Notes under the pieces: model-generated | What the model was told of the DNA's origin: nothing | What the model saw: the letters and a program-made list of their open reading frames with translations, nothing else | Database searches by the model: none | DNA from: Scyliorhinus canicula | Taxonomy: Eukaryota | Reading direction: 5' to 3' | NCBI RefSeq assembly: GCF_902713615.1 | Contig: NC_052155.1 | Coordinates: 163,841,828-163,905,827, forward strand | Length of the DNA: 64,000 nt | Position numbers and translations under genes: made by a program | In this document: positions 51,087 to 62,873 of the stretch, piece after piece | Numbering within the stretch: position 1 is the first letter of the stretch | Layout of the letters: each line of letters opens with the position of its first letter

Positions 51087-53304
51087 GTTTAAACAAAGGA
51101 GATTACAAGGGGATGAGAGAAGAACTAGCTAAGGTAGACTGGGAGCTAAGACTTTATGGTGGAACAGTTGAGGAACAGTGGAGAACCTTCCAAGCGATTT
51201 TTCACAGTGCTCAGCAAAGGTTTATACCAACAAAAAGGAAGGACGGAAGAAAGAGGGAAAATCGACCGTGGATATCTAAGGAAATAAGGGAGAGTATCAA
51301 ATTGAAGGAAAAAGCATATAAAGTGGCAAAGAGTGCTGGGAGATTAGAGGACTGGGAAATCTTTAGGGGGCAACAGAAAGCTACAAAAAAAGCTATAAAG
51401 AAGAGTAAGATAGAGTATGAGAGTAAACTTGCTCAGAATATAAAAACAGACAGTAAAAGTTTTTACAAATATATAAGACAAAAAAGAGTGGCTAAGGTAA
51501 ATATTGGTCCTTTAGAGGATGAGAAGGGAGTTTTAATAATGGGAAATGAGGAAATGGCTGAGGAACTGAACAGGTTTTTTGGGTTGGTCTTCACAGTGGA
51601 AGACACAAATAACATGCCAGCGACTGATAGAAATGAGGCTATGACAGGTGAGGACCTTGAGAGGATTGTTATCACTAAGGAGGGAGTGATGGGCAAGCTA
51701 ATGGGGCTAAAGGTAGACAAGTCTCCTGGCCCTGATGGAATGCATCCCAGAGTGCTAAAAGAGATGGCTAGGGAAATTGCAGATGCACTAGTGATAATTT
51801 ACCGAAATTCACTAGACTCTGGGGTGGTCCCGGTGGATTGGAAATTAGCAAACGTGACGCCACTGTTTAAAAAAGGAGGTAGGCAGAAAGCAGGAAATTA
51901 TAGGCCAGTGAGTTTAACTTCGGTAATAGGGAAGATGCTGGAATCTATCATCAAGGAAGAAATTGCGAGGCATCTGGATAGAAATTGTCCCATTGGGCAG
52001 ACGCAGCATGGGTTCGTTAAAGGCAGGTCATGCCTAACTAATTTAGTGGAATTTTTTGAGGACATTACCAGTGCAGTAGATAACGGGGAGCCGATGGATG
52101 TGGTATATCTGGATTTCCAGAAAGCCTTTGACAAGGTGCCACACAAAAGGTTGCTGCATAAGATAAAGATGCATGGCATTAAGGGTAAAGTAGTAGCATG
52201 GATAGAGGATTGGTTAATTAATAGAAAGCAAAGAGTTGGGATAAATGGGTGTTTCTCTGGTTGGCAATCAGTAGCTAGTGGTGTCCCTCAGGGATCCGTG
52301 TTGGGCCCACAATTGTTCACAATTTACATTGATGATTTGGAGTTGGGGACCAAGGGCAATGTGTCCAAGTTTGCAGATGACACTAAGATGAGTGGTAAAG
52401 CGAAAAGTGCAGAGGATACTGGAAGTCTGCAGAGGGATTTGGATAGGTTAAGTGAATGGGCTCGGGTCTGGCAGATGGAATACAATGTTGACAAATGTGA
52501 GGTTATCCATTTTGGTAGGAATAACAGCAAACAGGATTATTATTTAAACGATAAAATATTAAAGCATGCCGCTGTTCAGAGAGACTTGGGTGTGCTAGTG
52601 CATGAGTCACAGAAGGTTGGTTTACAAGTGCAACAGGTGATTAAGAAGGCAAATGGAATTTTGTCCTTCATTGCTAGAGGGATGGAGTTTAAGACTAGGG
52701 AGGTTATGTTGCAATTGTATAAGGTGTTAGTGCGGCCACACCTGGAGTATTGTGTTCAGTTTTGGTCTCCTTACTTGAGAAAGGACGTACTGGCGCTGGA
52801 GGGTGTGCAGAGGAGATTCACTAGGTTAATCCCAGAGCTGAAGGGGTTGGATTATGAGGAGAGGTTGAGTAGACTGGGACTGTACTCGTTGGAATTTAGA
52901 AGGATGAGGGGGGATCTTATAGAAACATTTAAAATTATGAAGGGAATAGATAGGATAGATGCGGGCAGGTTGTTTCCACTGGCGGGTGACAGCAGAACTA
53001 GGGGGCATAGCCTCAAAATAAGGGGAAGTAGATTTAGGACTGAGTTTAGGAGGAACTTCTTCACCCAAAGGGTTGTGAATCTATGGAATTCCTTGCCCAG
53101 TGAAGCAGTTGAGGCTCCTTCATTACATGTTTTTAAGGTAAAGATAGATAGTTTTTTGAAGAATAAAGGGATTAAGGGTTATGGTGTTCGGGCCGGAAAG
53201 TGGAGCTGAGTCCACAAAAGATCAGCCATGATCTAATTGAATGGCGGAGCAGGCTCGAGGGGCCAGATGGCCTACTCCTGCTCCTAGTTCTTATGTTCTT
53301 ATGT
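51087..53304 (+). mobile_element. Young 5'-truncated CR1/HER1 LINE
   Basis: Uninterrupted ORF2, short 3' UTR, (ttcttatg) tandem tail. Confidence 0.95.
51113..53209 (+). CDS. CR1 ORF2 reverse transcriptase (698 aa, endonuclease domain missing)
   Basis: KSPGPDG, NYRPVSLTS, QHGF, DFQKAFDKV, GVPQGSVLGP, FADD. Confidence 0.95.
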   Translation: MREELAKVDWELRLYGGTVEEQWRTFQAIFHSAQQRFIPTKRKDGRKRENRPWISKEIRESIKLKEKAYKVAKSAGRLEDWEIFRGQQKATKKAIKKSKIEYESKLAQNIKTDSKSFYKYIRQKRVAKVNIGPLEDEKGVLIMGNEEMAEELNRFFGLVFTVEDTNNMPATDRNEAMTGEDLERIVITKEGVMGKLMGLKVDKSPGPDGMHPRVLKEMAREIADALVIIYRNSLDSGVVPVDWKLANVTPLFKKGGRQKAGNYRPVSLTSVIGKMLESIIKEEIARHLDRNCPIGQTQHGFVKGRSCLTNLVEFFEDITSAVDNGEPMDVVYLDFQKAFDKVPHKRLLHKIKMHGIKGKVVAWIEDWLINRKQRVGINGCFSGWQSVASGVPQGSVLGPQLFTIYIDDLELGTKGNVSKFADDTKMSGKAKSAEDTGSLQRDLDRLSEWARVWQMEYNVDKCEVIHFGRNNSKQDYYLNDKILKHAAVQRDLGVLVHESQKVGLQVQQVIKKANGILSFIARGMEFKTREVMLQLYKVLVRPHLEYCVQFWSPYLRKDVLALEGVQRRFTRLIPELKGLDYEERLSRLGLYSLEFRRMRGDLIETFKIMKGIDRIDAGRLFPLAGDSRTRGHSLKIRGSRFRTEFRRNFFTQRVVNLWNSLPSEAVEAPSLHVFKVKIDSFLKNKGIKGYGVRAGKWS

Positions 53305-53822
53305 TTGGAATTGTATTTTTCCATCTCCCAAAGAGAAATCCCTCCAAATTATTTAATTATATGATGTGCCTTGGGACGTTTCTCAGATTTGTGATAATAT
53401 GCTGTACAAATGGAAGCCTGTCTTTTCAAATGTGTTTTTCAGCAGATGGTTTTGCAGTGTATTGTAGAGCGTAACAAATAATCTGGAAATAGAACCATTT
53501 GCTGTAATTATCTTATTGTTTTATGGTCCTTTTGTAAGCTTTATGTGAGGCATCTCCATCAGAGGCTCATTACAAAGATGTGCCGAACACATATTCTTTA
53601 CACAGCTCATGTTCTGCAAGCAATACTATCAGTTACACAGAACTATTTTGGTGTAACTGGCACTTATACCATACGAGTTAAAGGGAAAAAAAGCCTGTTT
53701 TTTATTATAAATCCAATTTGCATCTCAAAATTAGATCCAATTAGCACAATTTATGTGCAAATGTAGCCTTGAAGTGGAGTGTGCAGAAGTGACAAACTGT
53801 GGTCTATTTCTGGACAACTTAC

Positions 53823-53873
53823 CCAGCAGTACCAGCGAGGAAAAGAAATGATACAAATCATTATTACACCTTC
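53823..53873 (-). CDS. Exon (51 nt, phase 0 to 0): EGVIMICIISFPRWYCW
   Basis: Acceptor ttgttag, consensus donor tgg|gtaagt, length is a multiple of 3, phase-compatible with the 59466 exon. Confidence 0.6.
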
Positions 53874-53974
53874 CTAACAATTTCATGGCTAAATATTTCA
53901 GAATATTTTGAAGAGTGCATTGGTGACAATTATATTGTGTAAAATGCTTTCTTCTCTCATTCTTGGGAATCAAT

Positions 53975-55040
53975 GGCCGGGATTCTCTGTTTGGGAGACG
54001 CTGGGCTGGATTCTCCATCCCGCAATGGCCGAAGTGCATTTCCTGAAGGGACGGGGAATTGGGCATTGGGGGATTGGGATTGGCGGCAGGCAATGCTCTG
54101 ACCCACCGCTGGCGCTGGGATCAAGGTACACGAACGCCTGCCAGCGGGAGGATGTAACTGAATGAATATGGATTTAATGTCTCACTAACATCCATTTAGA
54201 GGTCCAGCAGAAGAGTCTCCGGCCCTCCGTAATGGTCCGGTCCCCTGGCCTGGGAATCACATGGGGGCGAATCACTTCTTGTATTTACCAGCATGACCCT
54301 GACATGGTGGACCTCATGATGGGCCAAGGGGTAACCCCTAAGGGAGTTGCCAAAAGGTCCATCCGAGGGCCAACTTGCCCCCACAATGCACTACCTTCCC
54401 ACCCCTCCTCAACAAAAACCCCCATCCCCAGGGACCCCCTTAATAGGGAGACTCCCCCTGGAGACCCCATGAATAGGGAGATCCTCCCCGGGAGCCCATA
54501 AATAGGGAGGCCATCCCTCAGTACCCCATGAATAGGAGACTCCCCCAGAACCCTTTAACTGAAGGAACCCACCACCCCAGACTAAAGAGAGAAAACAACC
54601 CTCTGACAAGTGGAACCCACCCGACCCTAAACATCCCCACAGAACACCCCACAGATCCTGCGTTCCCATGAAAACAGATCCCTGTCCAAGATAGAGAGAA
54701 GTCCAGACAGGGGCAGTGAAAATAATTACAGCTGTAACGCTTACCTGGGGGCTCCATGTGCCCATTTATTGAAGGAGAACAGCGGTGACCTGTGTTTCAA
54801 CCCCACAGATCCCTTAGCTGCAAGCCATTCATAACTTTCGAGTAGTGGCCTGTGATTGACAGCTTCCAGAAACCAGCTGCAGCCTTGATTAATTCATCTC
54901 CCTTCATGGATCAGTGACTCTGAGTGGTGAAACCTCAATGTCTACAAACATTGATTACATCAAAGAGAGGTAAGTGCATTCCAATCGCACACTTTAGTTC
55001 ACCAGTCTGGAGAAGACACCGAAATTTCACCACGACTTTC
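53975..55040. mobile_element. Non-autonomous Harbinger-like element
   Basis: ggccgggattctc terminus; homologous to 9000-10142. Confidence 0.6.
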
Positions 55041-55794
55041 ATCAGCACCTTCCACCATCGCAGAGACAATCACATCGGAAGGTAATGTTAGTGATCAGGC
55101 TCAGATGAGCCTGGTGCAGAACATCAGGTGGAGGCAGGAACCCCAGGGGGAAGATGTTTGTACGGCTGCCCGATTCCAGGGAACAGCTGTCACCCAGACA
55201 GGTGTTGCAATTCTGGAAAATATCATCCCATCACTGGTGCAGATGTAGAAACACAGCCAGAATCTACAATACGGGGGTTTCAGCAACTTTACAGCACCTG
55301 CAGTCCAGCTGGAAGAGTCTAGCCATCTTCAGAGGCAGGAGATGTTGCCGATAATGCACGGCACCCAGGCCAACACTAAAAGGGTGGCGGCTGCAGTGGA
55401 AGGCCTGCATGTCAGAGCCATGCTTCAGGATGTCCAAGGCTTGGGGCACACTGTGCAGTTGACAACTGAGTTGCAGGATAACAAGGCCCAGCCACAGGCG
55501 AGCATGTCCCATGCGCAGCTTGGCCAATTCACAAAGTGTAATAGCTGAGGGCATTGAAAGCATGGGCTGGGTGGCTGACTTCTCTTGGTCAGTCACAGAG
55601 GGACATAACTGAGGCAGTAAGAGAATAAGTGAGGGTCGCATCTTATTCGCTGAGGGACATGTCCTAGTCTCAGTGCCACATGGCTGAGGGCATCAAGACA
55701 ATGGTTCAGAAAAGGCTGGATATTTCATCACCTGCGACATTCGACAATCAGCCGGGCCCATCCAGGCCCAAGCCTTCCAGATGACGCCCATCAT

Positions 55795-56275
55795 AGAAGA
55801 TAGAAAATAGGAGCAAGAGAAGGCCATTCGGCCCTTTGAGCCTGCTCCACCATTCACCATGATCATGGCTGATCATCAAGTTCGATATCCTGATCCTGCC
55901 TTCCCTCCATATGCCTTGATCCCTTTAACCCCAAGAGCTATATTTCCTGCTTGAAATTACACAACGTTTTGACATCAACTACTTTCTGTGGTAGCGATTT
56001 CCACAGATTCACCACTCTCCAGGTGAAGAAATTTCTCCTCACCTCAGTCCTAAAATCCTTGTCCTCAAAATATGACCCTAATTCTGGACACCCCCATCAC
56101 TGGGAACATTCTTCCTGAATCTACCCTGTCTGATCCTGTTTGAATTTTGCAAGTTTTTATGAGATCCTCTCTCACTCTTCCACATTCAATGAGTATAATC
56201 CGAACCAACTTAGTCTCTCCTCATATCACAGTCCTGTCATTTCACAAATCAGCCTGGTAAACCTTACTTGTACTC
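55795..56275 (-). mobile_element. CR1 3' fragment
   Basis: 3' UTR and ORF2 end similar to 52800-53300. Confidence 0.8.
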
Positions 56276-56489
56276 AAGCAGAAGGCCATCTCTACTTCTG
56301 ATGTGCTGACTAGGTAAACAGATAGAAGGAGCAGAAAGCCACGGAAGATTACGAAGATATATGTCACTTAAATTGGAATGGGTATAATGGATCGTAGATA
56401 GTTAGGGGTAATGGCATACCGATTATAAATGCACACAATTTAAAATGGGCACCCATGACACATGAACGTCCCAAATGGTGACTTGGAGT

Positions 56490-58095
56490 TGTTTTATTTT
56501 CACGTGTACCTAGGTACAGTGAAAACTATTGTTCTGCATACAATCCAGACAGATCATTCCATATCTGAAAAAAACATAGGGCAAACATAAATGCACCTCC
56601 CTAACATAAGGCACACATAAATACTTTTCAATGATGCCCCCTCAGACTGATCTATTCCCTGTAAGAACACTACTCACGAAGCCCTATGCTGCTCTTGCTC
56701 ATGTATTTGCTTTGTTTGGCCCTTGTTCTGCACTGTAACCAATCACTATTTGTCGATGTACTATTTGTTGATGTACTCTGTCGATTATTCTTTTTGTCTA
56801 CTGTGTACGTGCTGTGTATGTTCCCTTGACCGCAGAAAAATACATTTCACTGTACTTCGGTACATGTGACAATAAATCAATCAATCAATGTAAATACATA
56901 GACACAGGCATCAGATGAAGCATACAGGAGTGCAGTACTTTTCAGCAGAGAAGATGTTTGAATAGATTAGATTAGTCCATAAGAGGGACATTCAGGAGTC
57001 TGATAACAGCGGGGAAGAAACCTCCTGCCCAATGGAAGAAGTAGGAAGAGTGAATACCCTGGGTGGAGGGATCTTTGATTATGCTGCCTGCTTTCCCAAG
57101 GCAGCGGGAGGTACAGACAGAGACAATGGAGACAGGTTAGCGTGATGGACTGGGCTATGTTCGCAGCTCTCTGTAGTTTCTTACGGTCTTGGGCCAAGCA
57201 GAGGATATACCAGGCTGCGATGCTGCCAGAGAGGATCCTTTCCATGGTGTAAAAATTGGCAAGAGTCAATGTGGACATGCCAAATTTCCTTTGTTTCCTG
57301 AGTAAGTATAGGCACTGTTGTACTTGCTTGGTCGAATCGTTGATGTGGGTGGATCAGGACAGATTGTTTGCAATTTGCACACCTAGGAATTTGAAGCTGT
57401 CAACGATCCTCGGCCTCTTTGATGCAGACAGGGATGTGTACGATAGTATGCTTCCTGAAGTCAATAACCAGCTCTTTAGTTTTGCTGACATTGATGGAGA
57501 GATTGTTGTCGTTATATCACTCCACTAGATTCTCTATCTCCCTCATATACTCTGTCTCATCGTTGCTCGAGATCCGACCCACTATGGCCGTGTCATCAGG
57601 AAACCTATAGATGGAGTTGGAGCCACATTATGCTGCACCGTCATGCGTATAGGGAGTATAGTAGGGGCTAAGTGCACAGCCTTGCAGAGCCGTGATATTC
57701 AGGACATTCGTGGAGGAGGTGTTGTTGTTATCCTCACTGATTGCAGTCTATGGGTCAGGAAGTCAAGGATCCAGTTGCAGAGTGAGGAGCCAAGTGCTCG
57801 CTTTTGGAGTTTTGTTATGAGCTGGGCAGGAATTATGGTGCTGAAGGTGGAGCTGTAGTCAATGAATAGGAGTCTGACATAGGAGTTTTTGTTATCGAGA
57901 TGCTCCAGGGATGAATGTATGTCAGGGAGATGGCATCTGCTGTGGACCGGTTGTGGCAGTATGTGATATGCAGTAGATCAAGGCATTCTAGGAGTATGGA
58001 GTTGATGTGTCTCATGACCAACCTTCATAATGACAGTTGGCAAGGCCACTGGACGGTAGCCATTGAGGCGAGTTGCCTGGTTCTTTTTTGGCACC
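56490..58095 (-). mobile_element. Rex1/Babar LINE fragment, with an opposite-strand Rex1 tail nested at about 56590-56885
   Basis: [10 protein letters not shown]; ILSGSIAAWY..AQDRKKLQR. Confidence 0.8.
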
Positions 58096-58690
58096 CTCAA
58101 TAACAAGTGGCAGGGGATGGGGGCAACAGTATGAGCCTGACTGATATTGCAGTACTCCCAAGAATGCCACCCCTTCCCCCTCCCTCAAAACCCAATGAGA
58201 AATGTGGCCCTGTGAGAAGGAATTGTCAGCACATCTGCAGGGATCACTCAGGAGAATTCCAGCTATTTTCTTTCTGCTTCACTGTCTCATCTGTTCTCAG
58301 TAGTGGGCTGGTATTCTCCAGCCATTTGTCATTCTCTTTACCCACTGGCAGTGTACCCCTGCCCACGGGTTTCCCAGCAGCGTGGGGTGGCTTCAATGGG
58401 AAATCCCACTGACAAGCAGTGGGAAGCGATAACCTTGCCACCAGCGAACGGCGCATCGCCAAGAAACACTCGGCCCGGGGACCTCAGAACCCCGCTCGTG
58501 GTATTAGCTCCATGAAAAAGAAGAATACATTTCATGAAGAAAGGTGCCATCACAAACAACATACAGTATTTACGTTTTGCACTTTAAATGAATAAAACAG
58601 CGAAGGTCTCTATTTGATTGATGCGTGATGTTACTACTGGCATCAAGGACAAAAGTGTGACAACATTATTTATTTAGATGTAAACACTAA

Positions 58691-59379
58691 GGGCGGGGTT
58701 CTCCGAGCCCCCGCTGGGTCGGAGAATCGCCTGGGGGTGGCATCAATCTCACCCCCGCTGTCCGCTGAATTCTTTGGCACCGGAGATTCAGCGGGAGCGG
58801 GAATCGCGCCGCGCTGGTCGGCAGCCGCTCACAGCGGCCCCTCTGGCGATTCTCCGGGCCACGATGGGCCTAAGTCCCGCTGCTTCTTTGCCAGTCCCGC
58901 CGCCGTAGATTAGACTTACCGGCGGGACCTGGCGGCGTGGGCGGGCTCTGGGGTCCTGGGGGGACGGGGAGCTGGGTGATCTGGCCCCAGGGGGGTGCCC
59001 TCACGGTGGCCTGGCCCGCAGTCGGGGCCCACCTTGTGCCATCGGGGCACTCTTTTCTGACGCATCGGCCGTGTCAGCCTCCGCGATTGCCGATGTGTAG
59101 GTGAACCCCCCGCGCATGCACGGGGATGACATCAGCAGCCGTTGGTGCTCCCACGCGTGCGCGGACTCTCGCTAGCTGGCGGAGTCACTTCAGCCGAGGC
59201 TGGCGTGGCGCCAAAGTCCTTCCACGCCAGCCGGCGGGGCGCAAACCACTCCGGCGCCGGCCTAGCCCCTGAAGGTGATGAGGATTCCGCAACTTTCAGG
59301 CGTGCCGACGCCGGAGTGGTTCACGCCACTCCGCCCCGCCGGGACCCCCCACCTCGCCGGGTACGGGAGAATCCCGCCC
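58691..59379. mobile_element. Harbinger-type MITE
   Basis: TIRs gggcggggttctcc / ggagaatcccgccc, canonical TAA TSD. Confidence 0.9.
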
Positions 59380-59465
59380 TAAACATCTGAAAATGTAGCC
59401 CAGAACATGGAATATAACTTAACTGACTTCTAGTAGAACACAAATCGTTTTGATTGAAAACTCAC

Positions 59466-59617
59466 AGCCCAGTGTTGTAGGATTAAAATTCCAATAGAAT
59501 TTTCAGAAATAGTAGGACAGCATGAAAGCACAATTATTAATGTCAAACGGATCAAAGAATACATATCAAAAGCAGTAGATATCAAGTTTGAATGTAAAAA
59601 TGAACTTGAATTGCAAA
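59466..59617 (-). CDS. Exon (152 nt, phase 1 to 0): (V)CNSSSFLHSNLISTAFDMYSLIRLTLIIVLSCCPTISENSIGILILQHWA
   Basis: Acceptor ccttcctaatttcag, donor gtgagt; only one frame is open; CPTISENSIGILILQHWA resembles GREB1 FPRLHSAVIRTFVLVQHYA. Confidence 0.7.
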
Positions 59618-60058
59618 CTGAAATTAGGAAGGTCACTGTGTCTTTCTGGGCAACCCTTAGGAGGACAGCAATGTTCTTGTCAAATGCAGCAGGCCAGCTG
59701 TTTAAAGTACAGTATGTAAAAATGTGGGTCGTTTGTTTGTGAGGCATTTTGAAATTGCACAAATACACATGGACATGGAGGTGGCTCAATTCCAAATTTG
59801 TTTTGGATGTCCAGAATCAAATTGAAAAATGCATTTCAGCATGTTTCTGAGTGGTTGGATACACATACGGAAGTTGTGACTTGCTGAGAAGTAATAAACC
59901 TAATAATAGTTTTTGGGTGCCAGTATCAATCATCAGAAGGCGTCAAATTTCAAACTTAGAGACATGTAGGGTGACGTAAGCGATCAATGACTAATTGACA
60001 TCAGTTATTGATCAGCAATGTTTACTGTTGCCTAACCTTATGGAGTACAACAACTAAC

Positions 60059-60162
60059 CTGTTGCCACATAATATTTGTTGGGTAGCAACCTTGTTGGAT
60101 GATTTCGGGAGACAATAAACTCTTTCTCCTCAAGAAGGAAATAAACACATGGTTTATATACA
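60059..60162 (-). CDS. Exon (104 nt, phase 2 to 1): VYKPCVYFLLEEKEFIVSRNHPTRLLPNKYYVAT
   Basis: Acceptor ccttctatcttttgcag, donor cag|gttagt, open frame; phase matches the next exon. Confidence 0.65.
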
Positions 60163-61065
60163 CTGCAAAAGATAGAAGGAAAAACTTGAATTTTTATAGC
60201 AGTTTGCAAATCTTCAGGACATTTCAAGCCCTTCACTGGCAATGCTTTACCTTTGAAGTGCTGCCACTGTGGTTTTGTAACCAATGTGACACTGTGCTGT
60301 ACCGATTAGGAGGCCTCCTGGTTCATTTCCGTGCTAGACAGATTTAGCTAATCTGAGTTGGATAGCTGTAGGGCGATGCAGATCTCTGGAAGTATAGGCA
60401 GGGAGGAATTCACCGCAATTGTCAATCCTGATCAGTATCCAGTGACCTGTGCTAGGAAGAGTCCATACAGCGATGCAAGACGAAAGACAGGGGGCAGGAT
60501 TATCCGTCTTTGGGACTAAATCCCCATGCCGTCGTGAAAACTGTGGTCTTTTGCGCCAGTAAAACTGGCATCAAAAGGCCACAGGTTCACCGTCATGCTG
60601 GGAGCTAGCAGGCAGCCATTGTAGAGCTCATAGCTCTAGCTGCTGCCACGGCCCCCAGCACTTGCGGGTCAGAGGCCGTGCATGCACGCGGCGGAAGGCT
60701 CCAGCGGCCTTGCCGTGCTCCGTGGCGATCTCAGTCCGCGGACCTGATCCGGCAAAATAGTGCCCCATATCAGCCGCTCTCGCGCACCCCATACCGCCCG
60801 CACACATTGTCCCCAGCTCCGAATGAAGCCCCCCCATGCCCACCACCCTTCTGCAATGCTCTCCTCCTCTTAGGCAGAGGTCTTGTGGGTGTTAATTAGT
60901 GCAAGTATTTACCAGTGGAGACGGGCGCCCTGTCTGCAGAAGGTGAGTGGGAAGCTAAAAAAAACTCTGAAAAAGCCTCATAACTTATCAGTCTTGCTGC
61001 GGGGTGACTGCCCTGACCGGGAGTAGTAGGAGAGAATTACTTAGTGCCATGTTTGCGGACTCAGG

Positions 61066-61715
61066 GGGCTGGATTCTGCGATTGTGAGGCTAAGTGCTGA
61101 TGCCGGCGTGGAAACAGTGGCGTTTTACACCTGAGAAAAACCGGGCAAAAGCTGCACTGAACCCTATTTGGTGGGGGGCAAGCAAGCACGCAGCGTACAG
61201 AGACCCTGGCTTTACCTGCGGATACGGCCGGAGAATTGCCGGGTCTATGGCAGCGCATGCGCATGGCGGCGCCTGCAGTGGCCACGCCATGTGCGTGGAC
61301 CCGGCCTGCCAAAAACTGCATCCCTTTGACCAAGCTCTCCACCCACTGACCACTCCCTCCAGTGACCCCAGCCACCCCCCGACCAGCACCCCCCCTAGTG
61401 CCTCTCCTCTCCATGGAACAGCTCTCGCCTGACTATAACTGCGCTGGACTCAGATGGCATTCGCCACGCTGGGTTCACAAAAATAAATAGGATAAGTGTT
61501 CCGCGCCGTTGGGAACTCGGCCCATTGGGGGCCGGAGCATCGGGGGAGGGCCTCAGGTGACATCCTGAGGCCATCCCGACAGCGTGTGGCGTACTCTAAG
61601 TGCGCCATTTTCGGGGGGGGGGGGGGGCGAAGCATTTGAAAAGTGACGCCCCCTCCCCCCCCCGAAAATGGCGCACTTACAGAGTTGTGGCGTTGGAGAC
61701 TGGAGAATCCCACCC
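61066..61715. mobile_element. Harbinger-type MITE
   Basis: gggctggattct / agaatcccaccc, TSD AGG. Confidence 0.75.
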
Positions 61716-61739
61716 AGGGTGCTCCCTTGGGAATGGAGT

Positions 61740-62873
61740 GGCCTGGCTCAGACTGCCATTCCTGCAACATGTGGCTTAACACATCCCTCTGGTGCTACCT
61801 ACAGGTTCCTACATGCTCGCATAGCGGCGTGCTGCCTTTGTCTTCAGAATGCTCAGAAGATCTTTGGTATCTGGGGCCATGCAGGCTGCTCCTCTGGATA
61901 CACTCATACCCTAGCTGTTTCATCTGGGGGATTGACATGGCCAGGCTCAATCAGCGGCCTATCAAGTGTTGGAAATTCTCAGTGCATTCTTCAGAAGCGC
62001 TGCCCAACTGCAGAGGGAGCAGGGGATAACCCCAGCCAGAGAGCACCCACATCGTGGCCTTTGCAACCCTCCTTGGTTCTGTGCCCCTGTCTGGGCAGAG
62101 GCCACACCAGTGACCCGCACCCCTCAGGCTCACCAGCTGTCTCCTCCTGGTGAATCTGGCAGTGCTGACTCCCTCTGCCACCACCTCCCAGGCCCTGTTT
62201 AGGAGGATAGGCTTGAGTCTACGGCCCATCCTGGGGAAGAGGGTGTCCCTCCTTCATTCAATGGCATAGAGCTGTGGTCCACCTTGGACTCCCGAACGTG
62301 GGGACAGGTCTTCTGTGAGCCAACTTCATGGCTGGAGTGAGCGCGTGACAAGTGGAGCACTTAAAAACAGCTCCAGCTATCAGACTCTTTAGTACCAACT
62401 CCGGCCCCAGCGGTTAAAAAGCTCACTAGGCCGGGAACTGCTCTCAATTCGCACCAGCAGAGCATTGGCAATTTGCATGTCCTGACTCGCTTACTGGATA
62501 CCGCCCCCAGTGGAAGTGCAAATCGCTCGCTATTCAATCCTGGCAACAACACTTCGGGAGTGATTCAACTAATTGGGAGAAAAGTCCCATGCTCGCAGCT
62601 CCCATTTGTGGAGACCAGTACCAAACGGGGTTCACCCAAGATCTCCGAGGCAAAGGGGATGAATCCCAAAGCCTCAGGTACATCAGAAATCTGCACATTG
62701 GAGTGAGACTAGCTGATCGTGTTGGATTTCACAAGGCGTTGCCTGCTGGGCTGATCCCAGGAGCGGGGTCTCCTGGATTTTATTGGCCACACTGTGCCTT
62801 GGCGATCTGACTTTCAGGCACAGCGTGGCCATTGGAATGTGCCCTTAGTCTCATAAATGGAGAATTCCGGCCC
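61740..62873 (-). mobile_element. Harbinger remnant (Myb/SANT-like fragment and TIR)
   Basis: LNRAWEVVAEGVSTARFTRR; terminus ggagaattccggccc. Confidence 0.6.

Larger units (their letters stand above)
200..60162 (-). pseudogene. GREB1-like: Degenerate multi-exon GREB1-family (GREB1/GREB1L-like paralogue) gene with repeated modules; probably extends beyond the window
   Basis: About 11 minus-strand exon-like islands, several with canonical splice signals. Their translations resemble GREB1 motifs recalled from memory (e.g. PKLGTGYLNSL ~ PQIGKTGAYLQFL; FHFSVMGISIEADFFIFR ~ FSYSMLGEEIQLHFIIPK; WPDVD ~ WPDLE; HPEVSLIDR ~ DPSVGLVDR). In-frame stops, frameshifts and TE insertions are present. Family assignment is not database-verified. 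Confidence 0.6.

Noticed and set aside
59458-59742. Plus-strand open frame (KLTAQCCRIK...MWVVCL)
   Set aside because: Antisense mirror of the minus-strand exon, which has better splice sites and phase-compatible neighbours.
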